A DNA stretch of 60,118 nucleotides from Actinomycetota bacterium (lineage in GTDB: Bacteria; Actinomycetota; Actinomycetes; Actinomycetales; Microbacteriaceae): the NCBI GenBank assembly GCA_041180525.1, contig JBEGRI010000001.1, forward strand, positions 1 through 60,118. The letters are read 5' to 3'. The position numbers and the translations under genes were made by a program. Under the pieces are notes generated by a model. That model saw only the letters and a program-made list of their open reading frames with translations, was not told the origin of the DNA and did no database searches. Below are positions 59,192-60,118 of this stretch, piece by piece. Each line of letters opens with the position of its first letter. The stretch's first letter is position 1.

Positions 59192-60118
59192 ATGAGAGCG
59201 TATTTGTTGCTGATTGCTGTGGCCGGTGTTGTCACCTATTTAGCGACTTTTTTGGTTCGGAAACTTTCAGTCAAATACAACATTTACCCTAAAGCAATCC
59301 GTGAACGTGATATGCATCAGAAACCAACTCCGCGTATTGGTGGAGTTGCCATGTTTTTGGGTTTCGTTGTTTCTATTGCTATAGCCGCACCAATTGGCTG
59401 GTTCGATGTTGTCTTTAGTGACCCGCTTCCGATTATTGCTATCGGCATAGCAGCGCTAATCATCATGGTCATTGGATTTCTTGATGATTTGTTGGATCTT
59501 GATTGGACTATCAAGTTGGCTGGCCAATTTCTAGCAGCAGGAGTTTTGGCCTGGAATGGTGTCCAAATAGTTTCTTTGCCTATCTTCGGCATCACTGTTG
59601 GTTCTTTTGGCGTTTCTTTTGTCGTCACAGTGTTTTTGGCTGTCTTGATTATGAACGCTGTGAACTTTATTGATGGTTTAGATGGTTTGGTTGCCGGAGT
59701 TGTTCTGATTGGAACCGTAGTCTTCTTTATCTATTCATATTTGCTCGCTCAGCAAATATCTCCTTCAAATTACTTCAACCTAGCTACCATGCTCTCTGCA
59801 ATAGTGATTGGGATGTGTTTAGGATTCTTGCCACACAACTGGCGTCCCGCAAAAATCTTTATGGGCGATGGGGGAGCGTTGCTTTTAGGTTTACTGATGA
59901 CAACTTCAGCTTTGACCGTCACTGGAACTATTGACCCAGCAACCCTCAATCGAAATGATTTGGTCCCAGCAGTTTTGCCACTAATCCTGCCGATCTCGAT
60001 TCTGATTTTGCCGCTACTAGATTTTGCTCTAGCTGTTGTTAGAAGGTTAGCTGCGGGAAAGTCGCCTTTCTCTGCTGATCGGCTTCATCTGCATCACCGT
60101 TTACAAGACTTTGGCCAT
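59192..60118 (+). CDS. wecA: MraY/WecA (Rfe) family undecaprenyl-phosphate GlcNAc-1-phosphate transferase, 3'-truncated (not in the ORF track)
   Basis: Manual translation from ATG 59192: PTPRIGG, GFLDD, NAVNFIDGLDGL, IFMGDGG, DRLHLHHRL; open to the window end. Confidence 0.88.
   Translation, partial: MRAYLLLIAVAGVVTYLATFLVRKLSVKYNIYPKAIRERDMHQKPTPRIGGVAMFLGFVVSIAIAAPIGWFDVVFSDPLPIIAIGIAALIIMVIGFLDDLLDLDWTIKLAGQFLAAGVLAWNGVQIVSLPIFGITVGSFGVSFVVTVFLAVLIMNAVNFIDGLDGLVAGVVLIGTVVFFIYSYLLAQQISPSNYFNLATMLSAIVIGMCLGFLPHNWRPAKIFMGDGGALLLGLLMTTSALTVTGTIDPATLNRNDLVPAVLPLILPISILILPLLDFALAVVRRLAAGKSPFSADRLHLHHRLQDFGH

Overview
Dense core-chromosome segment of an actinobacterium. The gene content, very short or overlapping intergenic regions and visibly low GC (mid-40s % by eye, not computed) suggest a streamlined Microbacteriaceae such as the freshwater Luna-1 (Rhodoluna/Aquiluna-like) group; this assignment is an inference. 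Gene order: serA (3' part, interrupted by an exact 41-bp tandem duplication), a rhodanese/rhodanese-lipoprotein/methyltransferase trio, ilvE-FAH-gltX-tRNA-Gln, a CopB-type ATPase region, tRNA-Glu, murA-plsC-gpsA-ddl-thiL, dapD/dapE to mrp/MgtE-like, pepP/PHP/DEAD, nudC-uvrD2, ThiF-like/DUF2342/YlbL/UPF0182, tRNA-fMet, htrA, malic enzyme, murI-rph-rdgB, dedA-tRNA-Arg, and argS-lysA-hom-thrC-thrB-rho-prfA-prmC-tsaC-wecA (partial). I saw no rRNA, CRISPR array, transposase, integrase, prophage or defence island, and I cannot support a clearly new system. The best leads are a dedA start codon almost abutting the 3' end of a CCA-less tRNA, a metallothionein-like N-terminus on CopB, the uncharacterised E1-like/protease/UPF0182 cluster, an APH-fold pseudokinase, a structured rho leader, MprA-box-like repeats before htrA and pervasive leaderless gene starts.
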